Made by a program: the position numbers and the translations under genes. Under the pieces are notes generated by a model. That model saw only the letters and a list, made by a program, of their open reading frames with translations, had not been told where the DNA came from and did not search any database. A DNA stretch of 51,899 nt from Thraustochytrium aureum (taxonomy: Eukaryota), in assembly GCA_012862495.1 (NCBI GenBank), contig BLSG01000044.1, positions 41,641-93,539 of the forward strand, given 5' to 3'. Shown piece after piece: positions 14,023 to 25,032 of the stretch; within the stretch, counting starts at the first letter, position 1; each line of letters starts with the position of its first letter.

Positions 14023-14837
14023 GTCGAGCGCGACCAGCCGAGCAGCCCGGTCCCAGCCACAGCCCGACGCAGGTGCAGCTCAGCGAGCAGCAGCCAGCAG
14101 CAGCCAGCCCGCAGCCAGCGGCAGCAGCCAGCAGCAGCAGCCCGCAGCCGGCCCTGCTCCTCGCTCACCGGGGCCTGCCACGGCCGCCTTCTACATGGCC
14201 GCGCTCGAGTCACTAACCACGGATAGTCCCGTGGAAGCCGGAACAAACCGTCTCAGCAGGACACAACCCAAAACAACGGAAGGTTCCGCGCAAACCGCGA
14301 CAAACCGTCGAAGAAGGAAAAAACCATGAACAACGGATACGTCTGTGTAAAACGGAATAGACCGTCGGGGCGGGGAAGAGCGGACAACAACGGATACACG
14401 CGCGGCTCCACAGAAACCAACCCGACGCGTGAACAGAACACGTCGATGCGAAGCAGAACGCCGACGGGGCAGAGGCGCTTTGGCGCACAGCAGTGCGCGC
14501 CGAGCGAGCAAGCCGAGCACGTGCCGGTCGCTTCGCTCTGGTGCTGGCGTGGCTCGTTTGCTCAAGCGCAACTCTCGCGAGCGGCGATTTGTCAACGTGC
14601 ACTCTGAGACGGCTGTCGCGGGACCGAAGCGCTCAGGACGGCGGTCGCGGCACACGTGCCAAAGCGTTGTCGCGGCGTAGGTGCCACCGCACCGAGGACG
14701 GCTGTCGCGAAGTCTTGGCCGGATAGGGAGAGGCAAAGATTCTGCGACTTTCGGGCTGGGCTTCGCGACGCGGCTTCGGCCTCGGCGCTTTGCCAGGGAA
14801 GCCGGTCGGCCAACGCGGCGTGCGCGGCTTCGCCGTC

Positions 14838-16499
14838 ATGAGCTCTGCGAGCAGCGCTTTCGAGCGAGATCAGAGCGGTATGGAGCCCACCGAGGCCGCA
14901 GAGGGAAGTGGCAGGTCGGACTACCGCGACTCGGAGCAGGACCCCGAGGAGCGTGAGAAGTTCGAGCGGCTGCGGACGCTGCTGGACGTGGACAAGCTGC
15001 CATTGGTGCGCGACCCCGCGTTGCCTGGTACCGGTGGCGTGCTTAAGGAAGAGCCATCGTACTTTAACGTCGACGAGATCTCCGAGGATGCAACAGAGGA
15101 ACGCCACCCATATTCAAGCCCGTTTTGCAATGTTCGGCTCCGGCGGAGCGGAATGGAAACGAAGGCGGTGATCCGGCGTTTGGTAGACCTCCTGAACGTC
15201 AAGCCCGAAGCGATCGGGTCGGCGGGCCTGAAGGACCGGTACGCGTGCACGTCCCAGGTGTTTTCGATCAACTTGCGCGGAAGCGTGCGCAAGGGCGGGC
15301 TCGGCGACTACACCATTGACGAGATAGAGGAGGTGCTCAAGAGCGACACCGCAGAGCCGCCCCTCTTTATCGAAGAAGCACCGCGTCCCGGGCGCAAACT
15401 GCGCCCTGGGATGCTCAAGGGCAACCGTTTCCGAATTCTGGTGACGCGCCTCGCGGTTCCGCTGGACGAGGCCTTCGAACGCGCCTGCAAGATTCGCGAC
15501 GACCTCGAAGCCAAGGGGGTCCCAAATTACTTTGGCGTGCAGCGTTTCGGCAAGGACAACCGCGGTCCGCTCGAGGGCTACCGCCAGGTGTGCCTCGCAG
15601 ATGAGTTCCTTCGCGATTTTCGTGCGAAGGAGGCGCCTGCCAACGCTGAGCGCGACGGCGCCGGGGTGGAGGGTGTGCTGGGGGCTCAGGAAGCGCAGGG
15701 GGGTGCCACTGGCGCGTCGGCTCTGAAGGCTTTGGAGCCCATGGGCTCAGGCGAGCCGGCGGATCCTGTTGTGGCTGCTGCGGCTCCTGAGGATGGTGTG
15801 GCAGCCGTGACTACGGAGCGCAAGCGCAAGCGCGAATCCAGGGCCAAGCCGAAGGACTTCTTCAAATGGGCACGCAAGAACAAAAAGGCAAAGCGGCGAT
15901 TCAAGCACTTTGGAGACACGTTTCGACTGCAGTCGTTCCAGAGCGGAGTGTACAACCTCGTGCTGGCAGAGCGCATTCTTGCGGGGGCCTTCACCTCGGA
16001 TGTTTTGGGGGACAAGTTGTGGACCGAGACAGGCGAGATGGGTCGCCGCATTGACTCGGAGTCAGACTTGACCACGGCGTCCGAGCGTCGCGAAGGACTG
16101 TCGTTCGCCGTGTCAATGGTTGGTCGGGGTTACATGCCCCGCACAGACACGCCCGCGGCGCGGTTCGAGAGTCAAGTCTTGGAAAAGCTCAATCTGGACC
16201 CTGAGGCGATGGGGTTGGCTGGCCTCGAGCATGTTCGCCGCATCGGCCGCCTCTCGGTGCCGAGGATGGACCTGGTTATCGAGAAAGTCCCGTCGACGGT
16301 AGACTACATCACCAACAGCCCGAACGCGAACGTGGTCCCAACCCCTGCTGTGGACGAACCGGCACTCTTGTTTTCCTTCAGTCTGCCCAAAGGCAGCTAT
16401 GCGACCAGCGTGTTGCGGGAGTTCACGACAGAGCTGAATGGAGGCGAGGAGGCGGCTGGCGTGGCGGTTGCCCGAGGCAGTCCTTCGTCTACTCGGTGA
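14838..16499 (+). CDS. truD: tRNA pseudouridine synthase, TruD/Pus7 family
   Basis: TruD motifs: LKEEPSYFNVDE, AGLKDRYACTSQ (catalytic Asp in GxKD), GMLKGNRFRI, GVPNYFGVQRFG, FSLPKGSYATSVLRE. First ATG at 14838. Confidence 0.9.
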   Translation: MSSASSAFERDQSGMEPTEAAEGSGRSDYRDSEQDPEEREKFERLRTLLDVDKLPLVRDPALPGTGGVLKEEPSYFNVDEISEDATEERHPYSSPFCNVRLRRSGMETKAVIRRLVDLLNVKPEAIGSAGLKDRYACTSQVFSINLRGSVRKGGLGDYTIDEIEEVLKSDTAEPPLFIEEAPRPGRKLRPGMLKGNRFRILVTRLAVPLDEAFERACKIRDDLEAKGVPNYFGVQRFGKDNRGPLEGYRQVCLADEFLRDFRAKEAPANAERDGAGVEGVLGAQEAQGGATGASALKALEPMGSGEPADPVVAAAAPEDGVAAVTTERKRKRESRAKPKDFFKWARKNKKAKRRFKHFGDTFRLQSFQSGVYNLVLAERILAGAFTSDVLGDKLWTETGEMGRRIDSESDLTTASERREGLSFAVSMVGRGYMPRTDTPAARFESQVLEKLNLDPEAMGLAGLEHVRRIGRLSVPRMDLVIEKVPSTVDYITNSPNANVVPTPAVDEPALLFSFSLPKGSYATSVLREFTTELNGGEEAAGVAVARGSPSSTR

Positions 16500-17435
16500 C
16501 GAGAGAAAAGCGACAAAAATGCGATGAAAGATTTTCCCCGACAATGCCCGACATTCTGAGCAATGCCACCCCGCGCCTGGCACGGCCTTGTTTTTTCACG
16601 AGTACTCGTACTTACTCGAGAGAGCCTCTGCCAGTGGTGAGGCTGTTGCTTTTGCTCCCTCCAGGAGGCGTCAGTCAATCCATCGTGATCATCATCGACG
16701 ATGATGAGTCGGATCCTCCTTGTCATCATCAACATCATGCTCATGCGCGCGATTTGTAGCTAGCAGTACAGGAGTATACCATGCACGAGCCAACTCGGCT
16801 CTCTGCTCGCTTCGCAGCTTCAGCGACCGCGCGCAGTCTTCTGGTACAGGTCCTCCGAGAGTAAGTAGTAGGTAGGGACTCGGAGTATGTCTATACTGTA
16901 GCCGGTCAGCCAGCTGAAAGGAATGCGAGCTGTGGAGCGAAGCCAGCAGATGCGCTGCCGGCCTGCGAGTCAAGGCCCGCCGTGCCTGCTCTCTTCTTGT
17001 GATAGAAGGCGAAATCTCCGCCAAGTCCGAGTCAAGCAGAGGTACTACTACTTAGCTTTGTGGAGACACGAGCACGGTGGGAGGGAGAAAGAAAGGGCCG
17101 CCTGCGCTTACCCCCACTGCCATATCGCTCCTCGGGCCGGCCTTCGAGTGCTGTGAAGCGCAGTGATTAGCGAGATAAGGGTGGGTGTCCAGGCCTGCGC
17201 AGCGTCCGGGACGGCTCGCCGCTCGCAGCAGTCCCCGAACGCTCGGGAGGCTGCCTCAAGCACACGCCGCGCGCACCGGCGATCGGGCTGTCCGTCCTTC
17301 GTCCGACCGACTGCGGTCGGTCAGGCANNNNNNNNNNNNNNNNNNNNNNNNNNNNNNNNNNNNNNNNNNNNNNNNNNNNNNNNNNNNNNNNNNNNNNNNN
17401 NNNNNNNNNNNNNNNNNNNNNNNNNNNNNNNNNNN

Positions 17436-17843
<408 letters not shown>

Positions 17844-18361
17844 GCTGCGTTGGGGGCGGGGTGGGCTGGGCGGCCCAGGGCGGGCGCCTGTTGCCGCCTG
17901 CGCGGCATTCCCCGACCTTTGTTTGGATACACCTTGCCTTGCTACGATAAGAGTACCTTCCTACCTACACAATACAATACAACCTCGAACAGCATGTTCT
18001 TCACCGCCTTTTTTTCCTGCTAAGCCTATCTCGACCTTACTCAAGGAGCACGAGCGCCGATGGACGGCAAGGGACTCGCTCGCTCCAGTCCCGAGTGGCC
18101 CTCGGGGTAAGCGCTTTCGGAGCAATGGAGAAGGGGAGTGGTGGCGCCGGCTGGCTGCCCCCTTCGTCGATGCACCAGCAAGCGGCGCGCACGCCTCAGC
18201 ACGGCCCTGTGCAAGAAGAAAGTAGATTGCCCCGTGGTACCGGCCGGACGCACAACTAGGCGTGGCCCGTCTCTCGTCAAAGTCCGACTCTTTCTCCTTC
18301 TGATTTCCCTCATATTTACGTGTACGCGGCACAAGCCCCGGCGCGCAGCGCCTCCTTCTCC

Positions 18362-19380
18362 TTAGCAGGCGCAGCTCTTCTCCGCGCCGTCGTCGTCCCC
18401 ACCAATCGTGATGTGGTCCTCCTCTTCGGCCGCCGGCGCGGCTCGCGGGAGCTTCTTTGCGATCGTGGCGAACAGCTCTGTCACGTTAAAGTTGGACTTG
18501 GCCGAAGTTTCCACAAAAAGGAGCCCGTTTTCCGTAGCGTACGTCTGCGCCTCCTCCTCAGCCACCTCGCGCTGCGAGCTCAAGTCCGCCTTGTTGCCAG
18601 CAAGAGCGATCACCATGTTGGCCGTGCCGGATTGTTGCAGCTCGGTGACCCAGGCCTTGGCGCGCTCAAAGCTTTGCTTTGACGTGATATCGAACACGAC
18701 CACAGCGGCCTTGGCACCGCGGTAGTACTGTGCTCGAGAGGACGCGGCGTGGTTTGCGGTCAGCAAAGGTCAGAAAAGGCAAGCGCGCTCGCTGCGCGTG
18801 CGGAACGAGGGACTCACCATTGGGGCGAGGCTGTGGTAGCGTTCTTGGCCAGCCGTGTCCCAGATCTCAAACTTGATCGTGTTGCCGTCCACAATGACAG
18901 ACTGCGTTAAGAAGGCGGCGCCGATCGTGCTCTCTTGGTACTCTAGAAATTGATCGCGAGCAAAGCGCAGCGCGACACTCGACTTGCCGACCTGAAACGG
19001 CGACGCGCGTTGGGCGGCGTTGAGTTAGCTTCCGCGATCCACCACTCCCGAGCAAGGCTAGAGACAGCGGGAGGCCAGCAGTCAGCCTGTTGCCTGAACA
19101 CTTACGGCTGTCTCGCCAAGCCTGCGCAGCGACCATGTTGCCATTGCGCGCGGGGCGCGAGCATAGCTAAGTTAGACGCGTGTCGCGCAATACCTGCGCG
19201 CGAAAGCACAGCCCGCCTGCGCGATTGAGCGCGTGCTGGCGCGTGCTTGCCGCGGGCCAGCCATGGAAACCCCCACTTACAGCTGCGCCTCTCGCCCCCT
19301 AGTTAGCGTGCGTGCCTCGCCTCCCGCGCGCCTCGCCTCCCCCGCTCGGCCCAACTTACAACCAGCTTGTACTGCGACAT
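18362..19380 (-). CDS. RAB5: Rab5-family small GTPase, 5 exons (19360-19380, 19281-19282, 19106-19121, 18818-18991, 18362-18727); 192 aa
   Basis: The spliced product reads [76 protein letters not shown] (CxC prenylation motif). All introns are GT-AG, with GTAAGT or GTGAGT donors and CAG acceptors. Confidence 0.93.
19281..19282 (-). other. 2-nt coding micro-exon (CT) of Rab5
   Basis: The minus strand reads ...gctaac..(~19 nt)..ggcgcag|CT|gtaagt... These 2 nt are needed to complete the Leu codon (CT+G) and keep KLVLLGETAVGKS in frame. Confidence 0.8.
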
Positions 19381-19507
19381 CTCGCCTCGCGCCAACTGCT
19401 GCTGGCGGCGGTCGGTTGCCGCTGGCCCGGAAGATTCCACGCGCGTTTGTTGTCGCCCTCTTCGACAGGGAGACTCGAGCGCGAGCCAAGTCCTCGCGCG
19501 CCCGCCC

Positions 19508-19508
19508 G

Positions 19509-19547
<39 letters not shown>
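19508..19547. repeat. (GCCT)10 microsatellite upstream of Rab5
   Basis: Perfect tetranucleotide tandem repeat visible in the sequence. Confidence 0.95.
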
Positions 19548-19548
<1 letters not shown>

Positions 19549-20048
19549 TCTCGCAATCGGCTCGCGTGCGTAAGTGCGCAAGTGCGAGCGGGCGTGCGTG
19601 CGTTGGCTTGTTGCGATGGGGACTGCTGCGCGACTCGTTGGCTCGTTCGATGCACGTTCATCACAGTCAACGTTGAATTCTCCGACGAGCGTTCTTTCTC
19701 GTGCCTCCTCACACATGAGGACGAACAGGGTACACTTCTTCAGGCCAGCCCAGCCCAGCCGCGGTAGGCTATGTTCGATTTGCATCGCACGCCAACCCAG
19801 CGATGCTCGCGCCAATCAAGGTCCGCGATGGCCACCTCGGCGCGCTGGGCAGCAGCAACGCCGGGCTCGGCACCGTGCCCGCACGTCTCCACCCCAGCGN
19901 NNNNNNNNNNNNNNNNNNNNNNNNNNNNNNNNNNNNNNNNNNNNNNNNNNNNNNNNNNNNNNNNNNNNNNNNNNNNNNNNNNNNNNNNNNNNNNNNNNNN
20001 NNNNNNNNNNNNNNNNNNNNNNNNNNNNNTTCAAGTTGATGGAACTCT

Positions 20049-22775
20049 CTACCTGGAGGTTGCCGGCGGGCCAGGCTCGATGCCAAACTTGGTCGCGACC
20101 TGGAGCTTGCGGAGCGTCTTCGAGTCTGCAGGGGCATGGATGCGGTACTCCAAGTTGACCGAGGGCAGCCAAAAGAAGCCCAAGCGGCGCACGCGGTCCA
20201 TGCTCCGCGAGTAGGAAAAGGCGATGATCGCAAAGAACACCCTGTAGAGCCCAAAAAAACCAAAGAAGAACACCACCGAGGAAAAGATCACCGGCCAGAT
20301 CCGAGTAATAGACAGGTTGCTCAGCGAGCTGAAGCGAAAGTTGCCCAGCATGAGCTGCGCCGTCGAAAACAGGGCTAGGTCAAAGCCCGCAAATGCAAAC
20401 TCGTCTCGGCCGATCGTGAAGTGCGCCGTCATCGCGAAAGCGAACAGGAAAGCCAGAAACACAAAGGCAAAGTTGTTGATCAGGCCCAGGGACTTGGTGA
20501 AGGATATGCCGATCAGCGAGACCTGCGGGTTCATCGTGAGATAGCCTATGGCTTTCAGCACGAGCAGAATACCGATGCAAGCTTGCAGCGCGCGAATCGT
20601 GTCGCGCGCCATCGCGACGCCACGCAGCTCCACGTACTCTGCGTCTGGGGAGCCGGCGCCCGCCGCGACCTCAGCAGCCAGCTGGCCCGTGATCTTGCTT
20701 GTTTCGACGGCGAACGCAGCCGTTACGATGATCAGGACCAGGAGGCTCAGGTCCACCAGCACCCTCGGGCGGCGCAGGAACGCGATCGTGCTCTTGGCAT
20801 GGAACAGGTCCCACACGAACAAGATCATGAAAAGCAGATAGAGAGCGAGCGCAGCGAACAAGAGTCCCTGCTCCACGCGGTCGTTAGGCCCAAACCCATC
20901 GCTCAGGCGCACTGGGTACAATCTGAAGAAGGGCACCACACCGTTTGAAGTCGTGAACTGGAAAACGAGGTCGCAGACCAGAAAGACGTCCAGGTTCGGG
21001 TTGTACAGATTGAACGTCAGGAAAACCGCACGCGCGCTGGCGTCGACCCAGCTGCCCGCAACGAGGGCGTCGATCTGCGCCTCGAACACCTCTCGTGACG
21101 TATTGAGTCCAAGCACGAACCCGCCCTTGTCCACGCGGAACTGGTCGCCCACTGCGGCGACAGAGCCCCGCACAAACCCTGGCCATGCGCTGCTCGTTGG
21201 CGGCGAGAACGAAAAGGCCTTCGCAACGATGTCGGTGGCAGCGGGGCCCGTCGAAAAATCGGCTTCGGACGCCGTTCCCTCGACGAACGTCGGAATGCAT
21301 GGCCCAAACGAGAGCCCGAACACCTCTGCCGCAGTGCAGGTCGGGTCTACGCGAAGCTGCTGAAGCTGCGGGCTCCCAGCAAGGACATTGTACTCTTGAA
21401 CAACAGGATGCCTGCTGTACACCGGCCCGGTGGCATTCACCTCCTCTTCGGTAAGTGTGAGCAGCTCTTTTACGGGTCCATCCAGGAAACTGTACATCCC
21501 TGCCTCGGAAGTGATCCCGCCAAAGGCGACGTCTGCCATCTTGTCGACTGCGCCTGCATCCGCCGCGCAGCGCGTGCAGGGCGAAAATGGGGTTTCAAAA
21601 AACGCGAGCTCGACCGCCGTCGCTATGGGCTGGCTGTCGTACGACCCGTCCACGAAATATGCGTAGTTGAAGACGAGCGTGAGCAAAAGCAGAAACAGAA
21701 AGGTCTCGCAGTGGAACCGCACGATCTTTAGCGAGTACGTGTACCCGCGTCGAAAGTTGCTCTCTAGCTCTGCGCGGTCCATCTCCGTCTCCAGCTCGCT
21801 GCGGCCCGAGCGCGTGCCGACCCGCGCTCCCGGCGCTCTGAACCGCACGCCCTTGGCCGAGTCGGTTCCGCCTCCAGCAGCGCTGGCCGCGCTCGCCAAT
21901 TCTTGGCCAGGCTGCCCCTGGGCCACTTGCTGCCGTTCGGCGTGGCTGCTTTGGATGTCCTTGAGCCGCGCAGCAGTGTCCTCGGAGGTCGGGCCCTGCT
22001 CCTCGTCATCTTCCTCCTCCAAGGCGGCATCGCTCCGGCGAAGGTATATGATGCGCTCCTGTGCCGCTACGAGCGTTTCTTTCGCGGGCGCGTGCAGCGG
22101 CCAGCACATCCCGCTCGCGTCGAACAGCGAGTAGTTGCCAGAGTTGAGACTCCAGTATTCAGCCACATACTCGAGCAGAGAGGCAAAGGTCTGCCCGTCC
22201 ACGAGCCGCACGCTCACGACAGCGCGGTCCCCTTCGTCGCGCACCACGTCCACCTGTTCAATTTTCGCCTGCACACTGTCGGCCCGGTCCGGATCGGAGG
22301 CCCCAGCCAGTCGCTTCGCGGCGCTAGCCCGAGCCGTTTCGCGGCGCTCGGCCACGAAGGGATCCTCCAACTTGGAGCGGAGCGCGTTCATTGAGGCCGC
22401 CAGTTTGCCGAGTTGCGCCACGGTGGCACGCTTGAAGGCCTCCGTGCCGCGGCCGCTGGCGTCCATGTCCAGTTCAGACGACTCCCAGGGCCGCCGAGCA
22501 AGGTGCAGCAAGCGGTCGAGCGCCATCGAGTCGTCGCCAGGTGCGTCTTCGGTGTCGTCCGGCAGGTCGTCGAGCTGCGACCGCTCCAGCGCGCTGCGGG
22601 CTTGCACCGACTTGAGCATCTGTAGGTCGTTCACGAGGACGTCCGAGGCGATGTCCAGGTCTTCCTTTTTCGATGCTAGCTTATTCCGCAGCTCGAAAAT
22701 CTCAAGTTCGAGCTGGTCAACATCCTCTCGAAGCCTAGCCACGGCGTCCCGCGCGTTGTTGTCAGTCCCAGCCAT
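20049..22775 (-). CDS. Polycystin-2 (PKD2/TRPP)-like cation channel
   Basis: ATG at 22775 (MAGTDNN). It has an N-terminal coiled coil, S1, a polycystin TOP domain (LAGSPQLQQLRV, WVDASARAVFLTFNLYNPNLDVF, FQFTTSNGV), S2-S6 helices and a pore segment FSTAQLMLGNF. The C-terminus may extend into the gap at 19900-20029 if a homopolymer slip is present at ~20085. Confidence 0.85.
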   Translation of the reverse strand: MAGTDNNARDAVARLREDVDQLELEIFELRNKLASKKEDLDIASDVLVNDLQMLKSVQARSALERSQLDDLPDDTEDAPGDDSMALDRLLHLARRPWESSELDMDASGRGTEAFKRATVAQLGKLAASMNALRSKLEDPFVAERRETARASAAKRLAGASDPDRADSVQAKIEQVDVVRDEGDRAVVSVRLVDGQTFASLLEYVAEYWSLNSGNYSLFDASGMCWPLHAPAKETLVAAQERIIYLRRSDAALEEEDDEEQGPTSEDTAARLKDIQSSHAERQQVAQGQPGQELASAASAAGGGTDSAKGVRFRAPGARVGTRSGRSELETEMDRAELESNFRRGYTYSLKIVRFHCETFLFLLLLTLVFNYAYFVDGSYDSQPIATAVELAFFETPFSPCTRCAADAGAVDKMADVAFGGITSEAGMYSFLDGPVKELLTLTEEEVNATGPVYSRHPVVQEYNVLAGSPQLQQLRVDPTCTAAEVFGLSFGPCIPTFVEGTASEADFSTGPAATDIVAKAFSFSPPTSSAWPGFVRGSVAAVGDQFRVDKGGFVLGLNTSREVFEAQIDALVAGSWVDASARAVFLTFNLYNPNLDVFLVCDLVFQFTTSNGVVPFFRLYPVRLSDGFGPNDRVEQGLLFAALALYLLFMILFVWDLFHAKSTIAFLRRPRVLVDLSLLVLIIVTAAFAVETSKITGQLAAEVAAGAGSPDAEYVELRGVAMARDTIRALQACIGILLVLKAIGYLTMNPQVSLIGISFTKSLGLINNFAFVFLAFLFAFAMTAHFTIGRDEFAFAGFDLALFSTAQLMLGNFRFSSLSNLSITRIWPVIFSSVVFFFGFFGLYRVFFAIIAFSYSRSMDRVRRLGFFWLPSVNLEYRIHAPADSKTLRKLQVATKFGIEPGPPATSR

Positions 22776-23456
22776 CGCGCCACGCCGAGCCTCGAGCGTC
22801 CCGCGTCCGCAAACCCGCGCTAGCCCAGCCCAATCTGCCGGGCGCCGCAGCACACCCCGGAAGAGGCGTTGCAAGGGGGGAGTGGGTGGGTGCCCAGCGC
22901 CCGCCTTGGCCGTTCGCTGCACCGCCGCGCGCTGCGCCGGCCTCGTTCGGACACTGCGCTGTGATGATGAACGCTGCTCCGTTCTCGCTCTCTTCACGAC
23001 CGATCAACGAAGACTACGTCGCGCAGGCCACGACACGAATACGAACGAACTTGAAGTGGCACGAACGAGTTTCTTTTGATTTCAAGATCAGTCAAGAGTT
23101 GATCTCAATCAAAAAATCTCCAGCAAGCTGCCTTCGTGGCACGGCGAGACGCCCCTGTTGGTGCTGCCTGACCTAGGCTGGGCAGCGTCCCGGTTGTTTC
23201 TTTCCATTTCCTTTCACTTTGCTTTTGAGGTCCCGTCCTTTACCTAGCGCTACGTGGAGTAACACCACAACCACATGGACCAGGCGTGGCGAACAAAAGA
23301 AGGGCTCGTTCTTGGCGACAGACGAGTCTGAGACGACAGCCAGAGCAGCTCGAGGTCCATCTGTGAGCGGCAGGCAGCCCGAATTGTGGCCGCTGCTGGC
23401 GCCTCACTGCGCGCTGGTTGCAAGGCGAGCGGGTTGACTGACGCGGCGTGGCAGCC

Positions 23457-24991
23457 ATGTTCGCCGTCGTTGCAACGCGCAAGGGGCCGCTGTTCCACAG
23501 CGCAGGGCGACGGATGCTCGGCCTGCGAGCTCTGGCAAACACGACCAGTGCAGGGAATGGCTGGCACAGCTCCTCAGGCGCTGCCGGAATCGACGGAGCT
23601 GCCGCGCAGGCGAGGCGAGCGGCACACACCGAGGCGTTCGACCCGACGACGCTGGTGAGACCTGGGCATGAACACAACAACATCACCGCCAACGTGGCGA
23701 GCCACCTGGGGCGCGGCCTCTTGCGCACGCCCAACCACCCCCTTCAGATCATCAAGACCAAGATCTTTGACTACTTTGACGAGGCCTTCCCTGGCGAGCC
23801 TGGAACCGGCCCCGTGTTTCAAAAGTTCGACGACCTGCACCCCGTGGTNNNNNNNNNNNNNNNNNNNNNNNNNNNNNNNNNNNNNNNNNNNNNNNNNNNN
23901 NNNNNNNNNNNNNNNNNNNNNNNNNNNNNNNNNNNNNNNNNNNNNNNNNNNNNNNNNNNNNNNNNNNNNNNNNNNNNNNNNNNNNNNNNNNNNNNNNNNN
24001 NNNNNNNNNNNNNNNNNNNNNNNNNNNNNNNNNNNNNNNNNNNNNNNNNNNNNNNNNNNGTGTTTCAAAAGTTCGACGACCTGCACCCCGTGGTGAGCAC
24101 GACGCAGGCTTTCGACGAGCTGCGCATCCCTGCCGACCACGTCAGCCGAAGCATCTCGGACACGTTTTACGTGGACAAGATGACCTGCCTGCGGCCGCAC
24201 ACGAGCGCACACCAAACCGACTTGATGCGCCAGGGCAATCACGCCTTCCTTTGCGCCGGAGACGTGTACAGGCGCGACGAGATCGACCAGAGCCATTACC
24301 CGGTGTTCCACCAGATGGAGGGGCTCTATTTGATCCCGCGGCCCGGGTCGGAGCTCACGGCACAGGAGGTCGAGGATGACCTTAAACGAGCCCTGGAGGG
24401 GCTCGTCAAGGCCGTGTTTGGCGAGGTCAAGATGCGCTGGGTTGACGCCTACTTTCCGTTCACCGAGCCAAGCCTCGAGTTAGAAATTTGGTTCAACGAC
24501 GAGTGGCTTGAGGTCCTCGGCGCAGGCGTCATTCCGAAGAAGTTTTAGCCAGAGCTGGGCTGCAAGGGCACAAGGGCTGGGCCTTTGGCCTCGGCCTCGA
24601 GCGGCTCGCGATGGTCCTCTTCGACATTCCGGACATCCGCTTGTTCTGGTCCACTGATAGCCGCTTTAGCGAGCAGTTTCGCGACGGAGAGATCACCAGC
24701 TTCAAGCCCTTCAGCAAGTTCCCGCCCTGCCTCAAGGACATCAGCTTTTGGATTCCGGAGGGGTACCACGAGAACGACTTTTACTCGTTGGTGCGCGACA
24801 TGGCGGGGGACCTCATCGAGCGCGTCCAACTCATCGACTCGTTTTCGCACCCCAAGACGGGCCGGGACAGCCACTGCTACCGCATCACTTATCGCTCAAT
24901 GGAGCGCTCGCTCACCAACGAAGAGATCGATGCGTTGCAAGAGAAGATCCGCGAGACTGTCGCCAGGTCGCTTGCTGTCGAGCTGCGCTGA
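23457..24991 (+). CDS. FARS2: Mitochondrial/organellar monomeric phenylalanyl-tRNA synthetase (false gap; apparent -1 frameshift at ~24532-24536)
   Basis: Basic N-terminal presequence followed by [60 protein letters not shown] and WLEVLG. A shifted frame then gives [26 protein letters not shown] and the FDX-ACB anticodon-binding domain ([26 protein letters not shown]). Confidence 0.93.
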
Positions 24992-25032
24992 AGGGCGCGC
25001 CGGGCTGTCGCGTGCGCGGCCAAGGTAGGGAC

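Noticed and set aside
17844..18000. Histone 3' stem-loop after H4
   Set aside because: No match to the 6-bp stem, 4-nt loop consensus was found.
23457..24991. PheRS, RING and HEATR5 as pseudogenes
   Set aside because: Each has a single isolated shift with intact motifs on both sides and no accumulation of stops; sequencing error is more parsimonious.
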